From Candidatus Buchananbacteria bacterium CG10_big_fil_rev_8_21_14_0_10_33_19 (lineage in GTDB: Bacteria > Patescibacteriota > Patescibacteriia > 2-01-FULL-39-33): a stretch of 64,000 nt of DNA. The notes below the pieces were generated by a model, which saw nothing but the letters and a program-made list of their open reading frames with translations, did not search any database and was not told the origin of the DNA. Made by a program: the position numbers and the translations under genes. Location of the stretch: NCBI GenBank assembly GCA_002773855.1, contig PEZY01000012.1:161570-225569 (forward strand). The letters are read 5' to 3'. Below, piece by piece: positions 49,264 through 57,823 of the stretch. Each line of letters begins with the position of its first letter. Positions within the stretch are counted from its first letter, which is position 1.

Positions 49264-49495
49264 CACAAAAATCGCGAGCGATGAGAAAATTCAGGTAAGG
49301 CTGTACCGAATCTACGCTAATTTCCGAACTCGCCATTTTCTTCTATTTGTATGTGTAGAAAATGTCTCAAACATGCGGAAATTTTATTTATAGACGATTC
49401 ATAAACGCTTGATTCGCTCCAGCCTTACAACAGAATTTTTCATATGCTCGCACTATTTATGAAGATGCTTTGAAGATATTACACAGATTATTTCA
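49264..49495 (+). ncRNA. Candidate small non-coding RNA or gene remnant: GC-richer ~230-nt ORF-free segment between an inverted repeat and an intrinsic terminator
   Basis: About 38-40% GC against about 30% for the surroundings. No ORF longer than 17 codons. Bounded by a 10-bp-stem hairpin (49242-49264) and the terminator at 49496-49520. Confidence 0.2.
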
Positions 49496-49520
49496 ACTGG
49501 ATAGTAAATCCAGTTTTTTT
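49496..49520 (+). terminator. Intrinsic terminator (ACTGGAT-AGTAA-ATCCAGT plus T7) overlapping the alr stop codon
   Basis: Perfect 7-bp stem plus U-tract. Confidence 0.5.
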
Positions 49521-50649
49521 ATATATAAAATCTTGGTAGGCTTTCTCGTAGTCTAGTAACTATTTCGTAGTTGATGGTATTAGCCCAGTCGGCTAACTGT
49601 TCGACAGTAATTATCTCAGATTGTTGTTGACCAATTAAAACTACCTCATCACCGCTTTTTACGTGACCACAATCAGTAATATCTATAATTGTGACATTCA
49701 TGCAAATACGGCCTAAGACTGGGGCTTTCTTACCGTTCACCAAAACATAAGCTTTATTGCTTAGTTTTCGATCGTAGCCGTCGTAGTAACCAACGGGAAT
49801 AGTGGCGGCGGTGGTAGGGCGAGTAGTTTTGTAAGTACAGCCATAACCAACCAAACTGTTTTCCGGTATGTTCTTTATTTGACCGACAATGGTTTTAAAT
49901 TCTAAGGCTGGTTGTAGAATCATGTTTTTTTCTTTAGTCAATTTGGCAACATCCGGGCCAGGGTAATAGCCGTAAACAGAAATACCAGGTCTAATTAAAT
50001 TACCAATATTATCTCTCGATAGTAATACCGAAGCACTTTTATGGCAGTGAATAATTAAATCATGACCAATGATTTTTTTTAGATTATTGATAGCGATTTT
50101 AAATTTTTCTAATTGTCGGTTGAAATAAGCAGGGTTAAGTGGATCGTCAGAATTGGCAAAGTGTGTCGCTAGGCCTTCGATTTTTATATTAGGTAGTTTT
50201 AATATTTCTTTAGCTAAATTAGATGAGTGCTCTAGAAGAACGCCATGTCGGTGCATGCCAGTATCTATTTTTAGGTGAATATTAGCAGTTTGATTTCTAG
50301 ACTTACCAAGATCTGATAATTTTTTAGCGTAATTAATATTGCTAATAAATAATCTAAGATTTAAATCAAAAATTTTTTCTAATTCATATTCAGCTACAAA
50401 GCCAATAACTAAAATAGGATGATTAATGCCAGCAGATCTAACTCTTTGGGCTTCTTCTGTAGAATTAACAGATAACCATTCAACACCAGATTCAATAAGT
50501 ATTTTAGTAGTTTCTATTAAGCCATGGCCGTAAGCATTGGCTTTAACACAAGGAGAAATTATGGTGTTTGGACCATTTATTTCTCGTATTGTTTTGATGT
50601 TATGCGCTATTTTAGCTTTAGAGATTTCGATCCAGGCTAGGTGGTTCAT
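49519..50649 (-). CDS. alr: Alanine racemase
   Basis: PLP-binding motif VKANAYGHG near the N-terminus; ~376 aa. Confidence 0.9.
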   Translation of the reverse strand: MNHLAWIEISKAKIAHNIKTIREINGPNTIISPCVKANAYGHGLIETTKILIESGVEWLSVNSTEEAQRVRSAGINHPILVIGFVAEYELEKIFDLNLRLFISNINYAKKLSDLGKSRNQTANIHLKIDTGMHRHGVLLEHSSNLAKEILKLPNIKIEGLATHFANSDDPLNPAYFNRQLEKFKIAINNLKKIIGHDLIIHCHKSASVLLSRDNIGNLIRPGISVYGYYPGPDVAKLTKEKNMILQPALEFKTIVGQIKNIPENSLVGYGCTYKTTRPTTAATIPVGYYDGYDRKLSNKAYVLVNGKKAPVLGRICMNVTIIDITDCGHVKSGDEVVLIGQQQSEIITVEQLADWANTINYEIVTRLRESLPRFYI

Positions 50650-50725
50650 GGTTAGTTATAATTTATTTGATTTAAGACAGTCGTTATATTACTCCAAAGT
50701 AATAAAAAATCAATAGGCTAATATA

Positions 50726-50764
50726 TACTTATTTTATAAAATAAACAGCCAAGTATTTTGGCTG
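50726..50764 (-). terminator. Intrinsic terminator for the minus-strand membrane-protein gene (ACAGCCAA-GTATT-TTGGCTGT stem, T-rich tract following on the minus strand)
   Basis: Stem-loop plus U-tract immediately after the stop of the 50792-51307 gene. Confidence 0.5.
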
Positions 50765-50791
50765 TTGATTAAGGGTTAAAGTTATAATTTA

Positions 50792-51307
50792 TTAATTGGT
50801 AGAAAAAAACATGTTAATTAATACACCGGCATAGTAGCTAATGACAATGACCATCGTAGCTGTTAATAAATGCTCAAATACCATTTTTGCCGGACTCATT
50901 TTATTTGATTTAGCAATGATTAAGCTAAGTATTGTTAATAAAAATATTCCCCAAAGACAACTAATCAGTACCGCTGTTTGGAGACTAAATAAAACTATCG
51001 GGATAATAAAAGTGATAGCAAATACAAATTTTGATAAAAAGGTAGCAATAGTGGCTTGCCAAACAGCTCGTGGGTGCTTACCATCAGTAGATTCCTCTGA
51101 GATATGTATACCAAAAGCATCAGACATGGCATCGGCAATAGCAATAGTTAGGACACCGCCTAAAACGGCTAATTTTGAGCCGGTGCTTTCTAATAGACCG
51201 ATCATTAGGCCTAGAGTGGTAATTACCCCAGATGTTAGGCCAAAATTAAGCCCAGATTTTAAAGAGTCGTTTAATTTAATGAAGGTTTTTTTCTTTGACC
51301 AAAACAT
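50792..51307 (-). CDS. Small polytopic membrane protein, VIT1/CCC1-like
   Basis: GLTSGVITTLGLMIGL ... AIADAMSDAFG pattern; 171 aa. Confidence 0.45.
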   Translation of the reverse strand: MFWSKKKTFIKLNDSLKSGLNFGLTSGVITTLGLMIGLLESTGSKLAVLGGVLTIAIADAMSDAFGIHISEESTDGKHPRAVWQATIATFLSKFVFAITFIIPIVLFSLQTAVLISCLWGIFLLTILSLIIAKSNKMSPAKMVFEHLLTATMVIVISYYAGVLINMFFSTN

Positions 51308-51388
51308 AGTTTAATATTAGTTTGTTAAATACATTATATCACATAAATAACAATACTATTGCTATTTATTGAGTTACTAGGTCTTGTA

Positions 51389-51417
51389 TTGACAAAGTTT
51401 TATATATATGTTAATAT
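51389..51417 (+). promoter_or_regulatory. Strong sigma70-like promoter: TTGACA - 17 nt - TAATAT
   Basis: -35 at 51389-51394 and -10 at 51412-51417. The -10 overlaps the six-frame-track start at 51408, so the real start is more likely the ATG at 51480. Confidence 0.5.
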
Positions 51418-51479
51418 ATAAAGTTACTAGAGTAACAATTGTTCATTTCAATGTTATAACTCGAAAGGAATTAATTGAG

Positions 51480-51839
51480 ATGGGTAGACCCAGAAGTCGT
51501 AGAATTTTTTATACCAATTGGCAAGAGGCCAGTGTGGCTACTAGAAAACTTGGTATTACTAGTTATCTGGATTATAAGCGGAGATACAAGGAGGATGCGA
51601 GGTTACCGTCTAATCCCAATACGTTTTATTCAGATTTTCCTGGGCGGCCGATGTTTTTAAGGGGAGAATCTAAGAATATTTATTCAACCTGGCAAGAGGC
51701 CAGTGTGGTTGCCAAAAAACTTGGCATTGTTAAGTGCTTGGATTATAATCGGAGGCATAAGGAGGATGCGAGGTTACCGTCTAATCCCAATACGTTTTAT
51801 TCAGATTTTCCTGGGTGGAAAATTTTTTTGAGTAAATAA
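51480..51839 (+). CDS. Small protein made of two tandem ~50-aa repeats (W-QEAS-V-KLGI-DY-RR-KEDARLPSNPNTFYSDFPGW), resembling the repeat found N-terminal to some phage/ICE integrases
   Basis: Start moved from the track's 51408 to the ATG at 51480 (AAGGA 10 nt upstream). The two repeats are also near-identical at the DNA level, with a 57-nt identical stretch. Confidence 0.5.
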   Translation: MGRPRSRRIFYTNWQEASVATRKLGITSYLDYKRRYKEDARLPSNPNTFYSDFPGRPMFLRGESKNIYSTWQEASVVAKKLGIVKCLDYNRRHKEDARLPSNPNTFYSDFPGWKIFLSK

Positions 51840-51860
51840 GACTGGTAAATAATGACATAA

Positions 51861-51886
51861 CTGAGGTTTTTCGACCTCAGTTTTTT
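51861..51886 (+). terminator. Intrinsic terminator (CTGAGGT-TTTTCG-ACCTCAG plus T6)
   Basis: Stem-loop plus U-tract immediately after the repeat-protein stop. Confidence 0.6.
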
Positions 51887-51961
51887 ATTTTATCTAAAAT
51901 ATTGATCTAGACTTAAATAAGTTTAAAATATATACTTACAAATATTACTATAAATTAAATA

Positions 51962-53119
51962 ATGCATAATATTAGAGACAAAAAAGTAGCCATTGTGGTG
52001 TGTGCTTGGCCGCCTAGTGGTGGTGGGATTGGTAATAATGCTAGTTACCATTTACATTACTTAAAACAACTGGGTTACAAGGCCCAGGCTTTTACGCCGC
52101 AGTATAAAAATATTTCTATTATTAGTGATCCAGCTATTGAATACTTGCCAGTAACTTTGCCAATCGGTAAGGCTGGTTTTATTTTCTCATTGTATAAAAA
52201 ATTAAAAGACTTTGATATTATTCATCTTTATTATCCGTTTTTTGGTACGGACATAATAATTTTGTTTTTTAAATTATTGAATAGGAATAAAAAAATAATT
52301 GTTCATTATCAAATGGATCCAGTAGGACGAGGTTATCAAAAAATTATTTTTAAAATTCACATTAAAATATTTTTACCTTTAATTGTTAAGGTTAGTAATA
52401 AGATATTTGTTTTATCTTGGGATAACGCTAGACATACGTATTTAAATACGTATTTAAATACGTATAATAAAAAATTTATTGAAATCCCAAATGGAATTGA
52501 CACCAGTATATTTAAAATAAAAACAAAAAATATTGATCTAGCTGGCCAATATAACATTACAAGTAAAAATAAATTATTAATTTTTGCTGGCGGTTTGGAT
52601 GACCAGCACTTCTTTAAGGGGGTTGATGTTTTAATTAGGGCATTTGATAAAATATCAAAAAATAATAAAGAGGTTAAGTTAATGATTATCGGTGATGGTA
52701 ATAGAAAGAAATTTTATGAAAGATTAGTTGATGATTTCGGATTGGGTGAGCGAGTTATTTTTACCGGTTGGATTGATAATAAAAAATTGGCGGACTATTA
52801 TAATTTGGGCAGTGTTTTTGTTTTACCATCTACCGAGAGAACTGAAAGTTTTGGTATTGTAATAGCTGAGGCCCAGGCTTGTGGTTTGCCAGCTATTGTG
52901 TCGAACTGGCCGGGTAGTCGTTTAACTATTGAAGATGGCAAAACAGGGTTATTAGTGGAACCTAAAAATGAAAATGATTTGACTAATAAAATTATCAGAT
53001 TATTAAATGATAATGATTTAAGACAGGCTATGAGTAGAAAGGCTATAGTTCGAGCTAACGAAAAATATTCTTGGGACTCTATTATAATCAAAATTGATTC
53101 TGTCTATAAAAATTTATGA
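51962..53119 (+). CDS. Glycosyltransferase family 4
   Basis: ESFGIVIAEAQACGLPAIVSNWPGS. Confidence 0.8.
   Translation: MHNIRDKKVAIVVCAWPPSGGGIGNNASYHLHYLKQLGYKAQAFTPQYKNISIISDPAIEYLPVTLPIGKAGFIFSLYKKLKDFDIIHLYYPFFGTDIIILFFKLLNRNKKIIVHYQMDPVGRGYQKIIFKIHIKIFLPLIVKVSNKIFVLSWDNARHTYLNTYLNTYNKKFIEIPNGIDTSIFKIKTKNIDLAGQYNITSKNKLLIFAGGLDDQHFFKGVDVLIRAFDKISKNNKEVKLMIIGDGNRKKFYERLVDDFGLGERVIFTGWIDNKKLADYYNLGSVFVLPSTERTESFGIVIAEAQACGLPAIVSNWPGSRLTIEDGKTGLLVEPKNENDLTNKIIRLLNDNDLRQAMSRKAIVRANEKYSWDSIIIKIDSVYKNL
52435..52468 (+). repeat. In-frame 12-nt tandem repeat (TACGTATTTAAA x2.8) encoding TYLNTYLNTY inside the GT4 gene
   Basis: Seen directly in the sequence. Confidence 0.6.
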
Positions 53120-53496
53120 AAAAAAATAATTTAAAATTTTTTTATATCATCGCAAGTATTATTTGGATGCTGTTGATTTTTTGGGAATCATCAATTGGTG
53201 ATTATTCGGTGGTGCCAGGTGTTAGCGATGGTCACAATGATGTAATGTCTTCCATTGTTCATGTGCTAACTTATTTGATATTGTGTTTTTTATTTATTAA
53301 ATCTTTTATCGTAAATGGCGTTAGAAGAAATCAGGCTATAATTTATGGATTTTTATTGTCGGCTTTATATGGGGCGACAGATGAATGGCATCAATTTTTT
53401 GTACCCGGTCGTGAGATGCATTTTGGTGATTGGCTACTAGATGTTGCTGGCTCATTGATTGTTTTTAGTTTTTATAAATATAAAATTAAAAAATGA
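53116..53496 (+). CDS. VanZ-like membrane protein
   Basis: DEWHQFFVPGREMHFGDWLLDVAG matches the VanZ family motif; 126 aa. Confidence 0.65.
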   Translation: MKKNNLKFFYIIASIIWMLLIFWESSIGDYSVVPGVSDGHNDVMSSIVHVLTYLILCFLFIKSFIVNGVRRNQAIIYGFLLSALYGATDEWHQFFVPGREMHFGDWLLDVAGSLIVFSFYKYKIKK

Positions 53497-54668
53497 AACT
53501 AGCTATTATTCATTCAATTTATAAACCCTATTCTCGTGGCGGTGCTGAAGTAGTAGTAGAGAATATTGCTAATGGTTTTAAAAAAAACGGTAATGATGTT
53601 TTGGTTATTGCTTTGGGTTATAAAAATGAAATTAAAGATGTAGATGGCGTAAAAGTTTATTATATTAAACCTTTTAATTTGTTTAATTTTTTAGATATTA
53701 ATTCTAAGCCGGCTTGGTTCAGGTTGCCTTGGCATATTATTGATATGATTAATGATGTTCAGACTTGGAGAATTTATAAGATTTTAAAGCAAGAAAATCC
53801 AGATTTAGTATTGACCCATAATCTCAAAGGCTTAGGTTATTATATTCCTTGGCTCTTGAAAATTATGAAGCTAAGACATATTCATACGATTCATGATATG
53901 CAATTAATTCATCCGTCTGGGCTACTGCAAAAAAATCAAAAACTTAATTTGGTTGTGAGTTTTTATGCTTGGCTTAATAAAAAATTATTTAATAAAGTAG
54001 AAAAAGTTATTTTTCCATCTAATTATATAAAAACTGCTTATGAGTCTTATGGGTTTTTTGCTAGTGCTGATAAATTGGTAGTAGCTAACCCTGTAGAAAT
54101 TCATGATTATGATTTCAAGCCAAAATGTAAAAATAGTCAAAATCCGCAGTTATTGTTTTTGGGTCAAGTCGAAGAATATAAGGGAATTCTAGATTTAATT
54201 GCGGCGACTAAAAAAATAAAAATAAATTTTACATTGCATATTGTCGGTGATGGCTCGGCTTTGGCTAAAGCTAAAGATTTAGTGACTAATGATTTAAGAT
54301 TTAAGTTCTATGGTCGTTTGTCACAAGCTGAATTAAAAAATAATATTTGGTCTAAAATTGATTTATTAATTAACCCAACTAAAGTGCCAGAAAGTTTTGG
54401 CCTGGTAGTAGCCGAGGCTTTTTCTTATGGCATACCAGTTTTAGCCTCTGACATTGGAGCGATACCAGAGTTAATCGATGATGGTAAAAATGGCTGGTTG
54501 TTTAAACCGGGTGACATTGACGAACTTAGTTATAAGATTAAGTCTATTACTGGTAGTATTTGTGCTTATGAATCAATTGGTCTTTTAGGGCATCAAAAGG
54601 TTAAAGATATGAGCATTGACCACTATTTGAATAAGCTAGAGGAATTTGCTAAGATAACATCATCTTAA
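53493..54668 (+). CDS. Glycosyltransferase family 4
   Basis: ESFGLVVAEAFSYGIPVLASDIGAIPEL. Confidence 0.8.
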   Translation: MKLAIIHSIYKPYSRGGAEVVVENIANGFKKNGNDVLVIALGYKNEIKDVDGVKVYYIKPFNLFNFLDINSKPAWFRLPWHIIDMINDVQTWRIYKILKQENPDLVLTHNLKGLGYYIPWLLKIMKLRHIHTIHDMQLIHPSGLLQKNQKLNLVVSFYAWLNKKLFNKVEKVIFPSNYIKTAYESYGFFASADKLVVANPVEIHDYDFKPKCKNSQNPQLLFLGQVEEYKGILDLIAATKKIKINFTLHIVGDGSALAKAKDLVTNDLRFKFYGRLSQAELKNNIWSKIDLLINPTKVPESFGLVVAEAFSYGIPVLASDIGAIPELIDDGKNGWLFKPGDIDELSYKIKSITGSICAYESIGLLGHQKVKDMSIDHYLNKLEEFAKITSS

Positions 54669-54685
54669 ATTAAATCTAAATTGTA

Positions 54686-55744
54686 ATGGAAGCTATTTTG
54701 GTAATTTTAATTTTATTCATTGTATTTTTTGCAGTAGCTGTAGGCGGACTGTTTTTATTTTTTAATAAGAAATTTACCGAACTTCAAGCTAGTAAAAAAG
54801 ATGATCAATCATTTTTAATGTTGCAGGAAAGGATTAAAGAACTTAATCAAACAATGGATGTTAAATTGTCTGACTCAACAAGACAAATGCAAACTCAATT
54901 TAGTCATAGCTTAAGTGTGATTAAAGATGTAGCCGAAAAAGCTGCTCAGATTCAAGAAACTAATAAACAAGTTAAAGACTTTTCTCAGCAATTATTTGAT
55001 TTGAAACGAGTCTTAACTTCCCAAAAGCAAAGAGGTAATCTGGGAGAAGCCGGATTACATTTAGTTTTAGAAAATATATTGCCACCATCAGCTTACCAGT
55101 TTCAATATAAAATTAATGATGGCGCAGTAGTAGATGCAGCAATTTTTACCAAAGATGGGGTGATCCCAGTTGATGCTAAATTTTCTTTGGAGAATTATAA
55201 TCGAATTGTTAATGAAGACGATGAAGATCGCAGAAAGCAATTAGAGAAAGAATTTAAAAATGATTTAAAGAAGCGAATTGATGAAACTGCTAAATATATT
55301 CAACCAAATAAAGGGACAATGGATTTTGCCTTTATGTTTATTCCAGCTGAAGCTATTTATTATGATTTATTAGTAAATGAAGTGGGAGCGGTTAAGGTGG
55401 ACACCGGTGGTTTAATTGATTATGCTTTCAAAGAAAAAAAAGTTATAATAGTATCACCAACGACTTTTGCGGCTTATTTACAAACTGTGTTACAGGGTTT
55501 AAGAGCTTTAAAAATTGAAGGTCAGGCTAAAGATATAATTAAAAATGTTGAGAAGTTGCAAAGACATTTAATTTCCTATGATGATCGATTACAGAAATTG
55601 GGTAATAGTTTAAACACCACAGTCAATGCTTATAATATTTCTTACAAAGAATTTAATAAAATTGATAAAGACATTGTAAAAATTACTGATCAAGAATCAA
55701 AGATAGATATTTTAGAAATTGATAATCCAAGATTCGAAAAATAA
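54686..55744 (+). CDS. rmuC: DNA recombination protein RmuC
   Basis: N-terminal TM, long coiled-coil, C-terminal FMFIPAEAIYYDLL motif. Confidence 0.75.
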   Translation: MEAILVILILFIVFFAVAVGGLFLFFNKKFTELQASKKDDQSFLMLQERIKELNQTMDVKLSDSTRQMQTQFSHSLSVIKDVAEKAAQIQETNKQVKDFSQQLFDLKRVLTSQKQRGNLGEAGLHLVLENILPPSAYQFQYKINDGAVVDAAIFTKDGVIPVDAKFSLENYNRIVNEDDEDRRKQLEKEFKNDLKKRIDETAKYIQPNKGTMDFAFMFIPAEAIYYDLLVNEVGAVKVDTGGLIDYAFKEKKVIIVSPTTFAAYLQTVLQGLRALKIEGQAKDIIKNVEKLQRHLISYDDRLQKLGNSLNTTVNAYNISYKEFNKIDKDIVKITDQESKIDILEIDNPRFEK

Positions 55745-56111
55745 CTACAAAAATATGGATTACGCTAAGCAATTTTTGGGAAAAATAGTTTCAGCGAAGA
55801 TAGATAGACCAATGGGGTCTATTCATCCCACTCACGGCTTCGCTTATACGGTTAATTATGACTTTATTCCTAATACTAGTGCTCCAGATGGTGAAGAAGT
55901 GGATGTTTATGTAGTGGGTGTTTTTGAACCAATAGAAAAGTTTACTGGTAAATGTATTGCCGTTATTCATCGAACTAATGACAATGACGATAAGGTTATT
56001 TTGGCACCGGAAGATGTTGATTATACTGATAAACAGATAATGGCTTTGACAGAATTTCAAGAAAGATTTTTTAAATCAAAGGTAATTAAAAAAAATAGAA
56101 AAATAATTTAA
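55719..56111 (+). CDS. Truncated family-I inorganic pyrophosphatase-like protein, lacking the N-terminal ~35 residues of canonical PPase
   Basis: [21 protein letters not shown] against PPase [31 protein letters not shown] against [22 protein letters not shown] against IAHFFEHY. The start overlaps the rmuC 3' end by 26 nt. Confidence 0.45.
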   Translation: [130 protein letters not shown]

Positions 56112-56461
56112 TGAAATTTTATTATATAATAGCTGTATTAGGTATTCCATTTATTTTAGGTGGCTGTAGTAGTCAGACACAGGTGGTTAATACCGATAAT
56201 AATTTAATTATTGCTGATGAGGAATTTTGTATTGCTCACACCGAATCAAATATCAGTAGTGATGAGGCTTATGGTGTAGCTAAAAATAGTGAATGTGCCA
56301 TGGTAGGCACATTTAAAGAAGATTGTAGCTGTGATCCAGAGACATATATTTGCACTTTTGAGATAGAAACTGATAAACCAGATTGTAGTCCTGTTTGTTT
56401 GGTTGATTTAAAAACCAGTGAAGCAAGAGTTGATTGGCGTTGTAATCCTGACTCCCAGTAG
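56111..56461 (+). CDS. Small Cys-rich secreted lipoprotein (lipobox ILGGC, 10 Cys in the mature part)
   Basis: Signal peptide plus LGGCSS; 116 aa. Confidence 0.5.
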   Translation: MKFYYIIAVLGIPFILGGCSSQTQVVNTDNNLIIADEEFCIAHTESNISSDEAYGVAKNSECAMVGTFKEDCSCDPETYICTFEIETDKPDCSPVCLVDLKTSEARVDWRCNPDSQ

Positions 56462-56483
56462 GGATTTAATTTACTTGTCGTGC

Positions 56484-56516
56484 ACCCGGTTTATACTGTG
56501 TAGGCCGGGTTTTTTA
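56484..56516 (+). terminator. Intrinsic terminator (ACCCGG ... CCGGGT stem plus T6)
   Basis: Stem-loop plus U-tract. Confidence 0.6.
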
Positions 56517-56545
56517 TTTTTGGTTTTATTTGTTAAGATGTCACT

Positions 56546-57796
56546 ATGTCATACAATAAATTGATTATCATTTTTTCATTTATTTTGTTTTTATTGTTTT
56601 TGGTGATAAATGTACCAGTACCAATTAGAATCGAAGGCGATGGAGTTTTTTATTATAGTTGGTTAAGATCAGCTATTTTTGATCATGATTTTGATTTTTA
56701 TAATGAGCTTAAATATTTTTCTGATTATGATGTTGGTAGTCGAGCTATACTGCATGACCAGCTTAAAACCTATATTGGTAAAGTGCCCAGTCCCTACGCT
56801 TATGGCACGGCTCTTTTATGGTTACCATTGTTTGTTATAGCTAGTCTGTTGTCATTCATCTTTAATTTACCACTCAATGGTTATTCCTGGTTTTATGTTT
56901 TTTTTGTTAATTTGTCCAGTTGGTTATTTGGTGTTGCTGCATATTTGATTGTTTATTCTAATTTAAAGAAATTTTTTTCCACTAGAATATCTTTTTGGAC
57001 ATCATTAGGAATTTATCTGGCGACACCGTGGTTTTATTATCAATTCTTTGAGCCATCAATGTCGCATTTGGCTTCTTTGTTTATGGTTTGTTGTTTTTTA
57101 CATTTCGTTATTAAATTTTATAAACAAGAAGAGGTTACTTTGTGGCTCTTGTCATTAGTAGTTTTTTTAATGATAGCTACGAGGTGGCAAAATTTACTTT
57201 TTTTAATTATCTTATTACCCATTTTTTGGCAAGAGAGATACAACTGGCAGCTATCTTTGAAGAGACTCTTGGTAGTTATTGGTTCTGTTGCTTTTTTTTG
57301 GTTAACTCAGTCTTTGATTTGGAAGCATCTTTATGGTTATTATTTTTTGCAGCCACAGGGTAGAGGATTTATCAGGTTGGATTTTCATGGTTGGTATGTT
57401 CTATTTTCATCTGATCGCGGGTTACTATTATGGACACCACTTTTGATTTTGGCTTTTTGTGGGTTTTATTATTTGTATAGAAAGTCCAGATTTTTGTTTT
57501 TAGTGTCTTTATTAGCCTTTTTTGTTCAGTGGCTGATTAATGGTTCGGTGCATGATTTAGGTGGCGGCGATGCCTATGGAGCCAGAAGATTTATTGAAAC
57601 ATTGCCATTTTTGGCACTAGCTTTGGCTGCGTTTTTGCAGAATATTAAATTTAAACAGCTTGTTGTTGGTCTAACTATTACATTAGTAATTTGGAATATG
57701 ATTTTAATTCAAAATTATAGACATGGTAATATACCGCATCATGGTGAGTTTAATTTATTGGAGATTAATTATTTAAATGGTATTATTAATAAATAG
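56546..57796 (+). CDS. Polytopic membrane protein, possibly a GT-C-like glycosyltransferase/polymerase
   Basis: 416 aa with about 11 TM segments; no firm motif. Confidence 0.35.
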   Translation: MSYNKLIIIFSFILFLLFLVINVPVPIRIEGDGVFYYSWLRSAIFDHDFDFYNELKYFSDYDVGSRAILHDQLKTYIGKVPSPYAYGTALLWLPLFVIASLLSFIFNLPLNGYSWFYVFFVNLSSWLFGVAAYLIVYSNLKKFFSTRISFWTSLGIYLATPWFYYQFFEPSMSHLASLFMVCCFLHFVIKFYKQEEVTLWLLSLVVFLMIATRWQNLLFLIILLPIFWQERYNWQLSLKRLLVVIGSVAFFWLTQSLIWKHLYGYYFLQPQGRGFIRLDFHGWYVLFSSDRGLLLWTPLLILAFCGFYYLYRKSRFLFLVSLLAFFVQWLINGSVHDLGGGDAYGARRFIETLPFLALALAAFLQNIKFKQLVVGLTITLVIWNMILIQNYRHGNIPHHGEFNLLEINYLNGIINK

Positions 57797-57823
57797 TTTA
57801 TTTTATTATTAATATTAAATATT

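Noticed and set aside
49242-49264. 10-bp-stem hairpin GGTACTTTTT-TAG-AAAAAGTACC as a terminator
   Set aside because: No U-tract follows it on either strand, so it is recorded only as an inverted repeat bounding the candidate sRNA.
50841-51314. 157-aa ORF on the + strand
   Set aside because: It is the antisense shadow of the minus-strand VIT-like membrane protein gene (50792-51307), whose hydrophobic periodicity and terminator support the minus strand.
51408-51479. N-terminal 24 codons of the track ORF 51408-51839
   Set aside because: A consensus -10 hexamer (51412-51417) with a -35 at 51389-51394 overlaps this start. The ATG at 51480, with AAGGA 10 nt upstream, is the more plausible start.
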